A DNA stretch of 64,000 nucleotides, taken from NCBI GenBank assembly GCA_050084985.1, contig JBITNC010000001.1:197036001-197100000 (forward strand), given 5' to 3'. Positions 37,345 to 52,299 of the stretch are shown piece after piece. Numbering within the stretch: the first letter of the stretch is position 1; every line of letters starts with the position of its first letter. The translations under genes were made by a program, and so were the position numbers. Source of the DNA: Nageia nagi. Taxonomy: Eukaryota; Plantae; Pinophyta. The notes under the pieces are model-generated. The model saw only the letters and a list, made by a program, of their open reading frames with translations, had not been told where the DNA came from and searched no databases.

Positions 37345-38799
37345 CTCTTTTCTTAGGTAAAAAGGGTTTAAAATTTATTCAATCTCTTCAATTGTAAAAC
37401 TATGTATACAATTACCATACTCATCCTTGCAACCTATTTATAACATAATTTGTTTCAGATATGTTTTAGGTTTGAAGTTGATTATATCATTATCTTAAAG
37501 GACATATAGTAAATATACCTACTAATTTACAAACATAGATACCATTCATGATGAACAGTTATATTGATGCCGAGGAAGTAATTTTCAACCTTACCACATG
37601 CTTTAAAACAAACATAGAAAAATCTCATAGATCAAAAGCCAATATATCATGGCAATAATAATTCCATTTCCAATCAGAAAATGTCATACAATTTGCTATC
37701 TTGAATATGAGACATTAGGGGTATAATTATATTCCCTTCATATCCAAAAACTTGTACTTTTATATTACATATCATGAGGAAAATTAAATTGAAAATATAA
37801 TATTTATGGTTTCCAATACATAAACAGCTGGTACATTTAATAACAACATATCTTCAAAGTACATTAATTTGATGAGAGCAAAGCAAGATAAATCATTCAA
37901 TATATGAGATATTTACTTTCTAATTTGAATCCATCACCATCAACTCAAATCATAATCCCAAAGGATATATCGATGATATGCTACATACAATAGTGTTAAA
38001 ATGCAATTATAATATCCTAACATGTTTCACTTAACACCATTCCATATAAATATTATAAATGCAACAATAAACATTTCATAATTGGTTTTATGTATGAGAA
38101 GCAACTATTTCATACTATGCATGATCAAAGATGATAATAAATATACTCATATCATATCATATGCAATTTCTATCCAAGTGATGAAGGCTATAAATCTATG
38201 ATGCAATATATATTAGCATAAGCATTCATATTCAAAGACTCACCAAGGTCATAATATTGATCTCACAATGCAAGCATGACATGTATCCGAATCTAGTACA
38301 TAATTTGTTGTAATAATTAAGACATTCATAGTCCCATCCATTTTTTTTAATGATCAATGGTGCACCTACATAATATAGTATTTTTTTCCCGACATTATCA
38401 CACTATGATGACATACTCAAATTTTGGACTACACCAAACTGACCCCTCAACTTATGAAAATTGAATGTTTTATTCTACAAGTTTAAATAGATTTTTTTTT
38501 GAATTGTAAATAGGTATTAATATGAATAAGATAATATATAACTTTAAACTCATTATAAGGAGTTTAGAATCCTCTTTTACTAACTGTCCCAACACCCATT
38601 TGTTTAATCTACAATTTCTTCATAAACAGGATAACCAACTTGTTGATTTTATAACTTTTACAATGTGGCTTGTTTATACATGATTTTTGGAATATAGATA
38701 TTTATTTACATGAATAACATGATTACCAAATTTTATTTCATTTAAAATATTTAAGCATCTTATTTTACTTATTATCTCAACACCAATTAGTTTAGGCGA

Positions 38800-40300
38800 T
38801 AAATTGCAATTTGTGATAATAACAATTTATTTCATAATGTGTGGACAACCGTAGCTTTGAAAACTTTTCAACAACATTATAATATCTATTGTAATACCCT
38901 CAATTATAATTTTTTATTATTTTATCATATATTATTATGGAAATTCTCCAATGAGAAGTCTTTATTTTGTCAAACATGTTGCAAGAAAATCCTGTGTAGT
39001 ACTATTTTTTCAAATATGGACAACAAAGACTTTAATTTTGTCAAATGCTTTTCAATATATCTTCATCCACATACAATAGATATACAATTCATTATTGTTA
39101 TACAAAAAATTCTAATGAATTTCTTTCATACCAGATTCAAGGCATACTTATTAGATTCATCCCAATGGTCACATTTGGTGGGATGGTATTGATACTTGTT
39201 AAGTAATTCAATTGTTTGGTAGAATGCCTTATTGAATTGAATCCATATGGACTATAATAACAATTGGAAATAATGTTACAAATTTCAAATAAATGTAGTT
39301 TGGCTTAGACATTTTTGCCATCATTATTTATCATGATTACCTTGAAGTGTGATCCTATTCATGATGTGAAATTCAACCACAAGTCGACCATAATATGATA
39401 AAATGATATTCTAAAACATGTCGTAGTGTTTCACATTCTTTCAATGTTTATAATAACAAAAGTATAATATGATATGCTTCTCAATGAGTTGTACAAGATA
39501 GATATGCAATGTATTTCCTTAAACTTTATAATGAAAATTCTAGATGACTATTACCAATCAATGCTTCATCTTTTGAAATAATTTTAGAATGTATTAGAAG
39601 TCCTATGCTCAATAAACTTAAATAAAGTTCCCATGATTAGATAGATGATGAATCAGCATACATATATTCTCATAAGAACAATAAAATGAAATCCCCCATA
39701 ATTGAAATTAGATAATTAATTTCACACAACATACTCACAACCATGCATTTGTTATTTTCTTAATTTGTATGAAGTTTTAAGCATGTAGACATTTCATCAA
39801 ACACTTCATAGTATTCCTATATTTTCAACATATGCAAGATTAAATTTTTCAAGATTTCTTTTTTAACCTATGGCATTTTAAGCATATATGCCTTTTGTCA
39901 AAAAAAATCTATAAACCTTCTTAATATCCTATGCAGGGAAATTTTGAGATAAATACTATCTTATGGAATTTTAACCACAAGAGAGTTTTATCAAAAAAAT
40001 TGCAATAAACTTCCTAAATATCATATGCAGGTAATTTTTGAGATAAACACAAACTTATGATGTTTTAATCCCCAAAAGCATTTTGTCAAACAATTCCCAA
40101 AATATCTTCCATATCATTTTCTTCAAGGTTTGACATAGAAATTTATTTTAAGATTTTCCACAATATATGTATCAATGAGGCTATTGATTAAATGCAAATG
40201 GTAACAAATATTAATGGTGATTAATTCTTCCACATTTTTATTGCTAGGGTTTTATAGATAAGTTGAACCCATTTTTTGTAACCACCTAAATCATTATTCT
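38800..40300 (-). pseudogene. Possible extremely eroded Mutator-like (MULE/FAR1-type) transposase remnant
   Basis: Scattered minus-strand motif ghosts in the expected order: TKNGFNLSIK, YEVFDEMSTC..TN, IISKDEALIG, KSFQSYGCPH (SWIM-like). No continuous frame. Confidence 0.3.
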
Positions 40301-42214
40301 TCATAGTTTGTGATAGTTAAAAAGAATTTGAAAGACCTTATGCAATGCACAACTAGGGTTTAATAAATAAATCAAACACCCTTTTTAATATTCAAGGCAC
40401 AGTTTTCTTCATGGAGTAGGATAAACAATAAATTCAAATAGATCCATCCAAAAGCTCAACAATAGTTTGGACCCATTTATTTTTTACATCATTCAAATAT
40501 TTATTTATTAATCTAAATGAATTCAAATAGCCTATGCAAATGCATGTTTAGGGTTACCAACAAATTTCTCATTTTACAAATAGAAAACCCTAATTGAAAT
40601 TCCAACAATTTCATCAATATTTTTAAATAGAAGCAAGGAAAACCTAATTAGATAAAATGAACAATAGTAGTGATTCTAAATTCATCCATAACTTCTTCCA
40701 AATATTCCACCAATTTCTCTTGACTTCCTCAACATCCCCTTCTAATCTTCTTCCATATCTAACTCATCTCATACTCATTGCCTCTAGAAGAAACCCCTTG
40801 AGGTCAATTTATAGCCTCTCCCATGTACCAATTTTCCCAAAAGGCATTCCATGGAATGGATAAAGCAATAAATCCAAGTATGGTTTTATGATGGAGGGAA
40901 GAAAAAACTACACTTAATGTGGATATCATCTAACTACAAGAGAATAAATAATAAAATTGACATTATGCCTCCTACTAACCATATTGCAAATTTTTCCCAA
41001 AATGAAATGGATACTTAATGTTGTTCATAAGATAGTTTTATGGAGACTTATATGGATTTTATAGTGGAGGATAAACCCTAATCACTTTACAGAGGTAATC
41101 TTGCCACTTCTTTTCCATGTTTGGTGCCTAAACATGCCAAGCAACTCCCTTTACTCTAACATTAGGATTTGGTGAATAGGTATAGATTCTTAGGTTTTGT
41201 GTTTAATCCCTTTGATATTTTTAATTCAATATATTTCATTTATTTATTAAATTATTATTTTATTTTCTAAAGTCCCCATAATAGACCTAAATGCTTTCAA
41301 AGGTGATATTTAGATAATTTCATGTCCCTTGAAGTTGAATAATTAAATATTTCATAATCCTAAGGTTTGCTTGGATTATTTTTCTTATTGCATGGTCTTG
41401 TTACTTCTATAATATTCCTTTTTCTTTTTAGAAAAATAACTCAAAAAGGAGGTAATCAAAATACCTTATCAAAGTTATTCACAATAATCAAGTAATTTTT
41501 CTATAGAGGATTAAGGATATGATGTTATGCAACACTAAGTGTATCATAAGGTTTTTAAATAATTTACATCAACATTACAACCTAAATGAGACCTTACTAA
41601 TGCAATGTGTAACACCTCTCATGCAATGCATTCTGAGACCAAATGCAACTAACTCGGGTTTGGTATGTAACTTGTTTAAGAATGAAAGTGACCTCTTGAA
41701 TGCACTCATTTGATGTTCAATGCAAATTTTTCATTACTAAATATGGTCTATGAATGCAGCTACTCAAGATAGCATAACATGGTAATTATTTTAGCTATTT
41801 TGTTCAATATTGAAGTGTAATCATAAAATCTTCAATTCTAAAATATAGGTGTGTACAAATGTAATGAAAATCATTGTAATTTCAAGATGCAGATGATGGG
41901 TCATACGCTTTTATAACATCAATTTTTTGTCAATGATTTTGCAAACCTTATGTAGTATTGAAATTTTGTAGTCCTCATCATCCAAAAGCATGGTCTCCCA
42001 ATAATACCTCATAAGACAACAAAATATGTCAGTATTACCAATGCCATATATAATAATATAAGATAAACATGAATCATAACTAGAAATTAGATCATACAAT
42101 TTATCATCATAAACTAGAAAATTTAAACAAAAACATCATATCAAGCATAAAATTTCCCCCAATTCATGATTTGTAGCTCAATATATAACAACAAAGGTTT
42201 TGAATAACCAACAT

Positions 42215-42460
42215 GACCTAAAACATGAGAATTGAGCAAATACCTTCTGATTGAATCAAAGGCTTCTTGGTATTTCTTATCTCAAACAAACTTGACATCC
42301 TTCGTAAGAAAGTGATTGTATGGAGAGTCCTCACCCATCGATTGAGAGATAAATATTCTTACAATTGTAACTTTACCTTAGAAACATCTTAGTTTCTTAA
42401 GATTCTTTGGAGGAGGCATCCAAATTATTGTTTTCCCTTTCTTAAGGTCCACTTCTATCA
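42215..42460 (-). pseudogene. Isolated Tat-type RT-RNase H connection fragment
   Basis: IEVDLKKGKTIIWMPPPKNLKKLRCF*GKVTIVRIFISQ...FV*DKKYQEAFDSIRRYLLNSHVL. Confidence 0.75.
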
Positions 42461-45400
42461 ACATAGAATTGTAACCCCACTAGAAAATAATAAAATTTGT
42501 ATCAATAATCAAATTCCCAATTACAATTTATGTAACCTCAATTTTTGACTTTCTTATATTTCTAAGATACAATTTGCCTAAAGTACTTTCAAAATAATAA
42601 GCATAAATGCTAAAAATATTGTCCAATGTGATGGTGTCTTCTTTATCCTTTGATATTTAAGTTTTTATCAATGTGTTGCATTCATCATGTATTCTCTTTG
42701 TTGTATTCCAAAATCCTTAAATTACCCATAATCTATATACATGCCCACCAAATAGGATTAGTGCACATACATGTTATGGAGAACCAAAGATAAATATTGT
42801 AACATGTATGCTATTAGTAAACTAGATATGTAATATATAAACTAACTACACTATGGAGTGAGTATAGTATTAAATTTCCTATAGAATACAAATTATGCAA
42901 TATGCTACTTAAACTATCAATATGCTTATTCTAATATTAAATGACAACTATATGTGGAGATAAGTCAAATAAATCCTTGCAATAGCTCATAGATAATTGC
43001 TTGTACTCCCAACAAAAGCTTAATTAGAATCTTCGTAGCATAAATAGAATAAATTTTACACATGTATTTATCATCCATGGAAAATAGGGAGGGGTAAGTG
43101 TTCTTATATAGTATTTGGAGGAGGTGATAATAGGGGGTCCAAACTGAGACCCTAGTAGAATTTAAGATGCCAAATTTAGTGTGGCATGGCAACTATTTTT
43201 AAGACTATTTTATTTTTCTAGTAGTTATGAAGGAGTTATTGGTGATCAATACAATCACAAACGACTAATACCAGAGCCACCAACAATCATGCCTGGTTGC
43301 TAGAAAGTGACACCTTTATGCCAAGCGATGCATATTTTGGGTACCTACATTTTGTGTTCTTTTGGACCATTTTACGATAGAGGTGAGGGGTAGTTAAAAA
43401 AATAGCTATGCATACATATGGATGGTTTGATTGACTGGCTATGCATAAGTATCTAAAATCATAGATTCATTGATTAGTGAGGAAGCAAGTGGCTCACATT
43501 AGGTTAAGGATAACAACAGTTACCCCGATCATGATCAAGCATGTAACTTTTAATTTTTCCAACTAATAGCTTTTAAGCATAAAAATGATCAAATACATCT
43601 TGAGTAGATAAGTTCTTCATTGAGATTGAAGATGGCTCATGGATCACAACATTACTAGTGGGATTTGTGTATCCAAAGTGCATGTTGAGAGCTTTATGTC
43701 TATTGTATGGATCAACCCTACCAACGCATCATAATTTAATGACAAAGGCAACATTTTATTTTGAAAGTGCAAATAGTTCACTTATGATAATTCTTTATAT
43801 TTTGGTTATAAACCATGTACTACATTCATTAATATAAAGCCTTATCATAATAGATTATTTATCTCCACACTAGAAACCTACTTATGATTGTTGATTATCT
43901 CTCTGTGAGAAGCCAATTGTACATATGATCTTCAATCGGTTATAACTTTCCATGAATTAGTTACCGATCTCCCATAGTACAAGTCATAATTTAATTCCAT
44001 ATTGAAACAAAATAATTTTTTGTCTATGGTATTAACTCTACATTAAATCATAGTAATCTCTATTAGGTTTTTAGGTGTTTTCCCAATCCATTGGGTTATT
44101 CAACCATGCATTTATGATATCAACTCCACACAAATCCATAAACATTTATTGTCATCCCAATCTAATAGGGTTTTTCATTAACAATTTATCCCTAATTCCT
44201 CATTAAGACTTAGTTTGTCTAGGTTCATGTATTTATAATTCCCTAGAAATCTCATGTACTAGTCTGCAAATATTTTAATTTCCAAAGGTTTAAATTCTCA
44301 TAATAAATGTCATCAAAGTCTTACTATAACTAGATTCCATTTTAAAAGTAAAGGGAACATGCATATGTTGACCTTAACAGTTTATAACCAACTAGATTAA
44401 CTTAGACTAAAATTTTGTACCTATTTTCTAATATTAATCATTTACAATCACATATCAAGATTGATAATTCATTACATGGTTTTATGACAAGTTTGATTAG
44501 CCTAAAATCCTACTTTGCTAAATTAGATTTGTTCACAAATATGACTACATAGTTTTCTATCATTGTTATCATTCATTTAGCACATACATTTTTGTTTTGA
44601 TGAACTAGTATTGACCTTAAAACACAATCATATATGAAACATATCAATAATGCAAATGCAAAAAAAAGTAATCTGTAGCAGATCTATTTTATATTGTAGT
44701 CTAACTTTATATAAACTATCTTCTATATGGATGTTCAAAAATTCACATAATACAACTATATGCTCAATACAAGTTTTTCCACCATCAATTTGATACAATG
44801 GATTCAGCCATAAAATATAAAAATAAGTCCATATTTATTTATGATTCTAAATACAAGCATGAACTTCAAAAGGGGAGAACAAGATTCAACAACATCAACC
44901 TTGAGTTTGAGCTAGATCTATTCTTAAAACATCATAACAGGGTGAGATTAACACATCTCAGTAACGAACTAACCTAATTCATAACTTAAGTAATTAAATA
45001 TTACTTAAATTATCAATAATAAATGAAGTAGAATAGTTTACAATTATAATAGTTACAACAGTGCCAAATATTAAGAATAGTCATAACAATATTACAAATT
45101 CCAACTACAAGGCAATTTAAACAACCATAACATCTAACTATAGTAACTACCCTAGTTACAATACAATAGTTAAAGCATGGGCTTTTTCCTTATCAAATAA
45201 TTACAACAACTAATATTGCAAACAATTATATATGTTTTTATATATACTATTGTTAAAATTCTCCACAAATCGAATTAACTATAGTACAATTGTACAAATT
45301 GTCAATATGTCAAATAATTCATAGACAAATTTTGTTAAGTAGTTTATATATAATTCAACGAATGATCATTATAAAAAATAGTTCATATTCCAATGAATAA

Positions 45401-46774
45401 TCATTATAGAAACCAATTTACAATCAATAATTTTTTCAAATAGTACATGAATGATCTCTCCAGAATCCTTTACATGAATGATAGAATTACATAACAATGC
45501 AATATGAATAATTCTTAGAAAGCACACAAATCCATCAAAAAATTATTCATATGATAATGATATATGTAAATATGTAATTATTGTCGATAGTGTTATTTTT
45601 TTTCCATAGATTACCAATATATGGCCATGGAATGCATCTAATTTCTGAATGCAAAAATGCCAATGTAGTTTAACAAAACCCTAATGCATTTAACCAATAC
45701 CCAATATAATAAATTGATACTACAATGCATTTAAACCATTTTTCCTTTAACCCTATAGAAAACAATGGAATATAACCATAATTCCATATATTTATACAAC
45801 ATGCAAGCTGAATTTGGTAACCCATTATGCAATAAACAAAACCCTATGCCATTAGTCGATTACCAAATCAAATAATGCATCTACAATCTATGTTAGGAAT
45901 TTCTTCATGAAAATCTAAAACAAATCCATTAAACATAAATAAATTAGAAAAATTAAGGATAAAACAAGTACAACCCTAAATTTTAACATTTATAATACTC
46001 AAGCTAGGATTCAGGAAACCCTTACCATGTTTTTAATGGGCTAGTAGTGGAATTTATAAGCTCCCATCTTGAAGGTGAAACCAAAAATGATTTTTTTGTA
46101 CAGATGGTTGAATGCCCATGCTACCTCAATGAATAATATCATATTTTCCACTCTTACTCATATTATGAAGGAGATATTATTGATTTCCTCATATGTGGAA
46201 TGCAAACAAAATCCTAGAGTGATATTAAAACTTGAACTCACCATTTTATCCCCATTTATCCAAGAAAATTGAAGGCTCTCCTTATAGTGGTTGAGATCCA
46301 TAATGAAATGACATGTAGAGTAAATACTCAGCATGGGATAAGCCATGAATTGCAACTATGAGTAATAATGCCACATGAATTAAAGTTACAACCAAATCAA
46401 TTCAATGCATTACACTCATAGATTTCCCCCAAACCGGATTTAATAATGACTTAGCATCTGAACATCCTCACCATAGATGTTGATGATGTGGAAACCATCT
46501 ACCAAGAAAGTAATCACATTACCACAAGGGTATAGTATGCACTAACCTAGCTAGATCCAAATCCAACTCCACGTTGGTCTCTAGGTCTAACACCACTCTG
46601 CCTAACACTAACACCACATAGCATTAGGGATTAAGGATAAGGATTTACTGACATATGAATAGGCTAGTTTAGGTTTTAGAAACCACTAACATAACTTATA
46701 CTTAATTTAGATTTTAGGAGCCATCAATTTTAAATTAGGTTAGTTTATTCTAGGTAACTAACATTAATATTATC

Positions 46775-47017
46775 CCTAAGGGGACAATGTGATGGTTAAC
46801 TACTTGGATTTGCCTCTGTGAGGTCTCAAGTTCAAATCACACTTGTTGGTCTAACAAAATCATAATGGAGCTCTAGCTTAGCCATGGTTTGGCTACAGTC
46901 ATACTTTTTTTCCATAGTCGCTAGGTGAATTGAAGAGACTTTAAAAGTTTACCCTACTATCAATCATGATAGGGTTTCTAAAATAATTTGCCTCACAATC
47001 ATACCCAAGAAAAAAAC
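46775..47017 (+). mobile_element. tRNA-derived SINE (~240 bp)
   Basis: Perfect 17-bp direct repeat CTAACATTAATATTATC at 46758-46774 and 47018-47034. Decayed A-box (caatgtgatggtt) and B-box (aagttcaaatc) near the 5' end; A-rich tail aagaaaaaaa. Confidence 0.75.
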
Positions 47018-47689
47018 CTAACATTAATATTATCACAATTATTTATTTATGTAAATGAAATTTACCATAAATAAATAGATAATTGGTTATTAACAAAGGG
47101 ATTGTTTTTGTGAGTATGAAGCCAATGTCAATTTCAGAAGACAAAAAGAAAATAATATACTTAACCTTCTTGCTTTCTAATCCTGCAAAAAACCTTTATC
47201 ACCATCCAAAGATTCTATCTTTAGATATAGTCATGTAAATTAGTCTTTAACAAGCATCATAATAAACATTCAGATAATACAATTAATACTAAATCAAATT
47301 TTCATAAATCATTTTGCATTAACACAAATAGTTCAAGGTTCAAAATATTTTAGACTGCAACATTACAGGATGGTCCATTACATCTATCAAGGAAAGGATA
47401 TTGATAGTAGTTTACAAATATCATTGGAAACCTACTTTTCTAAGATCAAGGATTCTCAAACTAGAACGAACTTGATGACAAGCCAAATGTATTTCCCCTC
47501 AAATGTTGAGGCGATAAGATCTATACATATGATGATAATGGTTGACAACATAATATAATAAGTTGTGTAACATAAAAGGTAAAATGATAATAACAAAGTA
47601 TATTAGGTGTGTTCTATCAGCTAGGATTGCTATCAGTTTATAATTTTCAGTTTTTTTTTAATATATTAGTATATGATCTCACTATTGTG

Positions 47690-48900
47690 GGAGGTCTTTG
47701 ACGCATGCTCATGGTTCCCTTGAGTGCTAGAGGAGATTCTACTAGATTTTACCACTAATGACCATACATTTCTTCAAGCTATGGGATTTGTAGTAATATT
47801 ATACATTGCTCATATTCACTTTGATAATCCTCTACATACCACATTGTTGGAATAGTAGGATGCAGAGATGAACACTTTTCATTTACCAAGAGGAGAGATG
47901 ATCATGACGGTTGACAATATCTATCGATTGTATCAATTACCTATTTAGAGATAAAGGATATATCATCTAGTAGCTTGATCATAGATGCAACCACATTTAG
48001 TATGCTTGTATTGTGAGGAAGTGACAATATCCATTATGCCAACCTAAATTACACCAAGTGGCTTCCCCTATCGAGCTATGTGGTAGAGAGATCCTAAGTA
48101 GAGGTGTTGATGCACATATCTCATTGGGTGTATCTTATTATATGTGTTACCAAATTTTGGAGGAGGTTGATTTCTAGGATGTAATTGGGAGTAGTAGTCG
48201 ATATAGAAGAGCATTGTACTATATTTGATTTGGCCTTTCTGGTATAGTGTTATTGAGAATTTCTTATGCATACTTATAAGTTTCTCTTAGGTGTAAATAT
48301 ATCCATTACATTGTAGGTATGGGCATATGAGTACATTATCATGGTGCATGCCAAGGGTTTACTAGATTTTCATTTTAAAGGTTGCTTATCCTATAGCATT
48401 CATCATTGGAGGAAACATTTATTTATTTGTTATGATGATAGAATAAGAAGATATGTTTCTTATTATCAAGGCATACTTGATTATTTGAGGAATAGTTAGG
48501 TGCAATGGTGACCATACTTATCCTTTTTTAATTTGATCAAGGCAACTGAGATTTTAGCCCATCTTCATTAGAAGCGATGGTTGAGCAAATGATGCACCAA
48601 TTTTATTGAGTACTTCCAGCATGCATGAGTGACATGTCATATGGTATTTGTAAAATTCCATAGTTTCCTCTTCTAACTTTTTTTATCTCTTGAGGATGAG
48701 CTTGTCAGATTGGTCCTTTGTATCCCAAACCTCTCTTATCTTTAAGCATTTAATAATTGAGTTAGAGTGCATATTTGGGGTCTTACTTATAACGACCTAA
48801 CCCAAAACTTCTCTAATGGTAGCGATCAAAGTATATTTGAACAAATGATTATGCATGAGGTGTGAGGTAAGCTAGTTACCACAAAAGGGATCCTTATGAA
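47690..48900 (+). pseudogene. Second PMD (plant mobile domain) ORF, degenerate (element F)
   Basis: FLQAMGFVVILYIAHIHFDNPLHTTLLE**DAEMNTFHLPRGEMIMTVDNIYRLYQLPI, later L*VWAYEYI and FIEYFQHA*VT. Classic PMD motifs. Confidence 0.85.
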
Positions 48901-48999
48901 CATGAGGTATTGGAATCCAAGATGAAACATCAAATCCCACATAAACAAATAATATTTAGTTTAGTGAAATACCTAATGAGACTAATTGATTGAAAACCA

Positions 49000-51460
49000 T
49001 GGGGGACTCTTATGGATGATCGACTTCACAAATAGATGTGATATTAAATATGACATCATCAATATCATATTCCTCCAATCCCAAGCTAGAGAACTAGACT
49101 TGAATATGATAAATGCTTGTAGCTCTTTTTGGTTGATACTATCAACATTAGGATTAGACATAGAAGTTACAATTGGACTTGGGAATTGGTGGGATCTATG
49201 CTACCTAGATTAGGACACGAGATGCAATGCATTGAGTTGTATTTTGTATTAACATGGATTTTTATTTTGAGGGTGTATGATTGGTGAGAGTGTTGGGATA
49301 TTTGATGGAATTGATGCACATATAAATGTGTCCTTATCTTTTGGCTTACCAAAGTATTGAAAAAAAGATGGTACATCAGTAGCATGTCAGGTATAAGATG
49401 GAGATGGTGGCATGGAGTATTGGGTGATAGATGATGCATGAGATGGAGTGGATGAGTTATGGGTGCAAAATGTATATACGGAAGGGAAATTTAATCAAAT
49501 CCTTGCATATTATGGTAGTGGAGAAAGGATTTGGATCTACAACTATACAATGGACAACCCTTTGATGAACATATTTCAAACATCCATCCAAGGTGCAGGT
49601 TACACATTACATTTCTCTGATACAATGTCTTCCCAATAGAATGTTATATTGCACAATGTTCCCCTAAATAATATGTGGACTATTTTGACATCAATTGTAA
49701 TTGATACTACATTATACACAAACTAGGACAAAAAGTGTCATTAAATAACTTGAGATGTAAATATGGTGCAATTATCTGTGATCATGGTAGGTGCAAATGA
49801 TTAAGTTTGTAGTAGAAACAATATTGATGGAAAAGCCCCCATCAATAATTATTTTCTTGAATGAATTTCCATTGACACCAATAATGAGCTAAAGGGAGGA
49901 TTTGAACCTTCGAGTCCTTTAAATATCTTAATCTCATGATCATAAAAGCATATTGACTATTGGTTGCAAGTCTTCATTTTACTAATACAAGTAGTAAAAC
50001 TCTCAAGATTGTTAATATCAAGCTCAATACACTACAATATCTCATTCATTTTTTCTTGGTGGTGTTTTGATTTTTCAAGTAATTTAAACAATGATATGTA
50101 AATTACTATTTAGGGCTCATGTCATAGAAATTGCATTTCTTTATGGTCAAGGTATTAGCTACATTTGATTTTGTTTTTATTATCTCCCTTCAGCTCTTTG
50201 GTTCCTTATAGCAATATTGATCATACCCAAAAATGGTTGATTGAATTTCTAATGGTGTATCACTTGATTTAGGGTGGAAGCAATAGATACATTGTTGGCC
50301 CATTTTTCCCTTTGTTTTCATGGAAGAGGGTCTTAATATATCCCCAAATTTTGATTAGGTCATGTGAGAGGATTATCCACATTTAGCTTTCCTTCGTTAA
50401 TAAAGTTTTAGGCCACATGTTTTAATGATTGATATTTTTTGGCATGATTACCCTTTTTATGATGATATTTATAGTACTCATGCTCATTGTACCCACACAA
50501 TGTCTCACCATCTATCCTTTCTCGCTTTATTTCTAGTAAATTGATTAGTTGAAGATCATATATATTTTTGAATACATCAAATAGTGTATTTTATAATGGT
50601 GTGAGCTATCTTGATATTGTCTTTTGTTTCTTTTATTATTTCTTCCATCTTATGGGGATATATTATGAAAAACTGTTATTCACTTGGATCTTAAGTAACT
50701 AACATTTTGTTGGGTTTCTTATTTGGATAGTCACCTTTATTATTATTTTTCTTATTATAATTATCCTTTTTCTTAACTTTGAGTTCATCATCTTGGATAT
50801 TTACCTTTGCAATTAGGATTGCTTTAGCAATAGCCTCTTCAAAGGACTTATGTCATTATATTTGTAGGGTACTAGCAATAGGTTGAATGTGTATTTGACT
50901 AAACAGCATTACCAACTCCTCATTAGGAAATGTATAGGGAATGTTGATGAGAATGGCCCTCCATCAAGAAATGAATTCTACAATAGTCTCATCTGAAAAT
51001 TTTTCCAACTTATTGAGATATATGATTAAAGACTTGTCTTTAATGTTGATTCTAAAAATCTCCAAGAATTTGTTTGCTAACAGAGAATAGGAAAATATGT
51101 TGCACTCAAGAAAAATATTATACAGATATAGAGCTTATCTTGATAGCATCATTAGAAATATTTTTATCAGCATCAACATTGAATATTTTAAGGGTGGAGG
51201 CCTTAATGATCTGATACCGATTGAAATCTATGATGTTGAAGGAATTAGAGACTGCAAGATTGATGTTTAGCATTCAAGAAATGATAGGCTAATGAACTTT
51301 CAAAAAATTTCCAAACTTAACCGAATAAAAATATCAAGTATAATAAATGGTTGGAAAGGTATCAAAGATATGTTTCCAACAATTACTTACATGCCTTAAT
51401 CTTATAAGTAGAGCTTTGATGATTTTCTCCTAAAGTTTAGGTCGCTAGGTTGTAGTGTGG
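49000..51460 (-). pseudogene. Tat/Ogre-type gag and protease (element F), degenerate
   Basis: MLIKIFLMMLSR*ALYLYN...ETIVEFIS*WRAILINIPYTFPNEELVMLF (similar to the gag of A); YNEHEYYKYHHKKGNH knuckle; KKIIIDGGFSINIV and YNILLGRHCIREM*CV protease. Confidence 0.8.
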
Positions 51461-52299
51461 TCATCAACATAGTCCTGTCATGAATGGAGATTTCACCAAT
51501 GATAATTTATCATAAAGTATGTTGTCTTATATACCATTGAAAAGGTGGCACATCCTAATTTTCAATGGAGAAAGAAGTAACTCAAAAAGGAATTTTTAAA
51601 CTCTAGTTATTCTTAATAATATGAAAGGTATTCGTTGAGTCACTAAAATAAGACTAAACAGATAGTGGCAAAAGAACAAGTTAGGAAAGTGGTGATTTAT
51701 ATTTTAAGGGTTCTATGTTGTATATGGAGGAAAGGGAAAGAAAATAAATTTCCAATAATGGCATACCCAAAAAATATAGAGCAAAGTAAATATGTTGAAT
51801 CTCATATGGAAGTGAATATATTCACAAATAGATACTAAGAAAGACTAGGTAAGTGTATTACGGGAAATTGTTGATGGTGGTGGAAATTTCCATACAAAGT
51901 ATGAAACATATTTTATGGTTATAAATGTATCTGAAAGTACTACCAAAAACAAAAATAAACACCTAAAATGGACATCTAGAACAAAATTCATAATCCCCAA
52001 AAGCAAATTGTCTAAAACTGGATAATTTGATACACAATGGTTATCTCCAAATAAATGAATACCCACTAGGCTAAAATACATCAAAATAGATTAATATCAC
52101 CTTAGTTTAGTTACAGACTTGATATATAACCCTTTACATGTGATTACTTGATCACAACAACACCTATAAATGGAAAACACAAATAGAGATGCAAAGAAAA
52201 GTTGCAAAGCTTTTTTCTCTTGTTATTGATGTGCAAAATGAATATTCCACACATAGCCACCTAAAGATAAGGAGGATATTTCTAACATTCTAGGATTAC

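Noticed and set aside
43585-43700. IKYILSR*VLH*D*RWLM resembling a Tat RNase H fragment
   Set aside because: Too short and degenerate to support.
46020-46620. Possible host exon ending in ATG|GTAAGG on the minus strand
   Set aside because: Stops in the frames examined, no recognisable protein and no partner exons.
46775-46850. tRNA gene
   Set aside because: No cloverleaf; A/B boxes are decayed and lie in a TSD-flanked SINE.
43092-46952. Possible MULE TIR pair (GGGTAAGTG... / ...TTTACCC)
   Set aside because: No extended inverted repeat and no 9-bp TSD.
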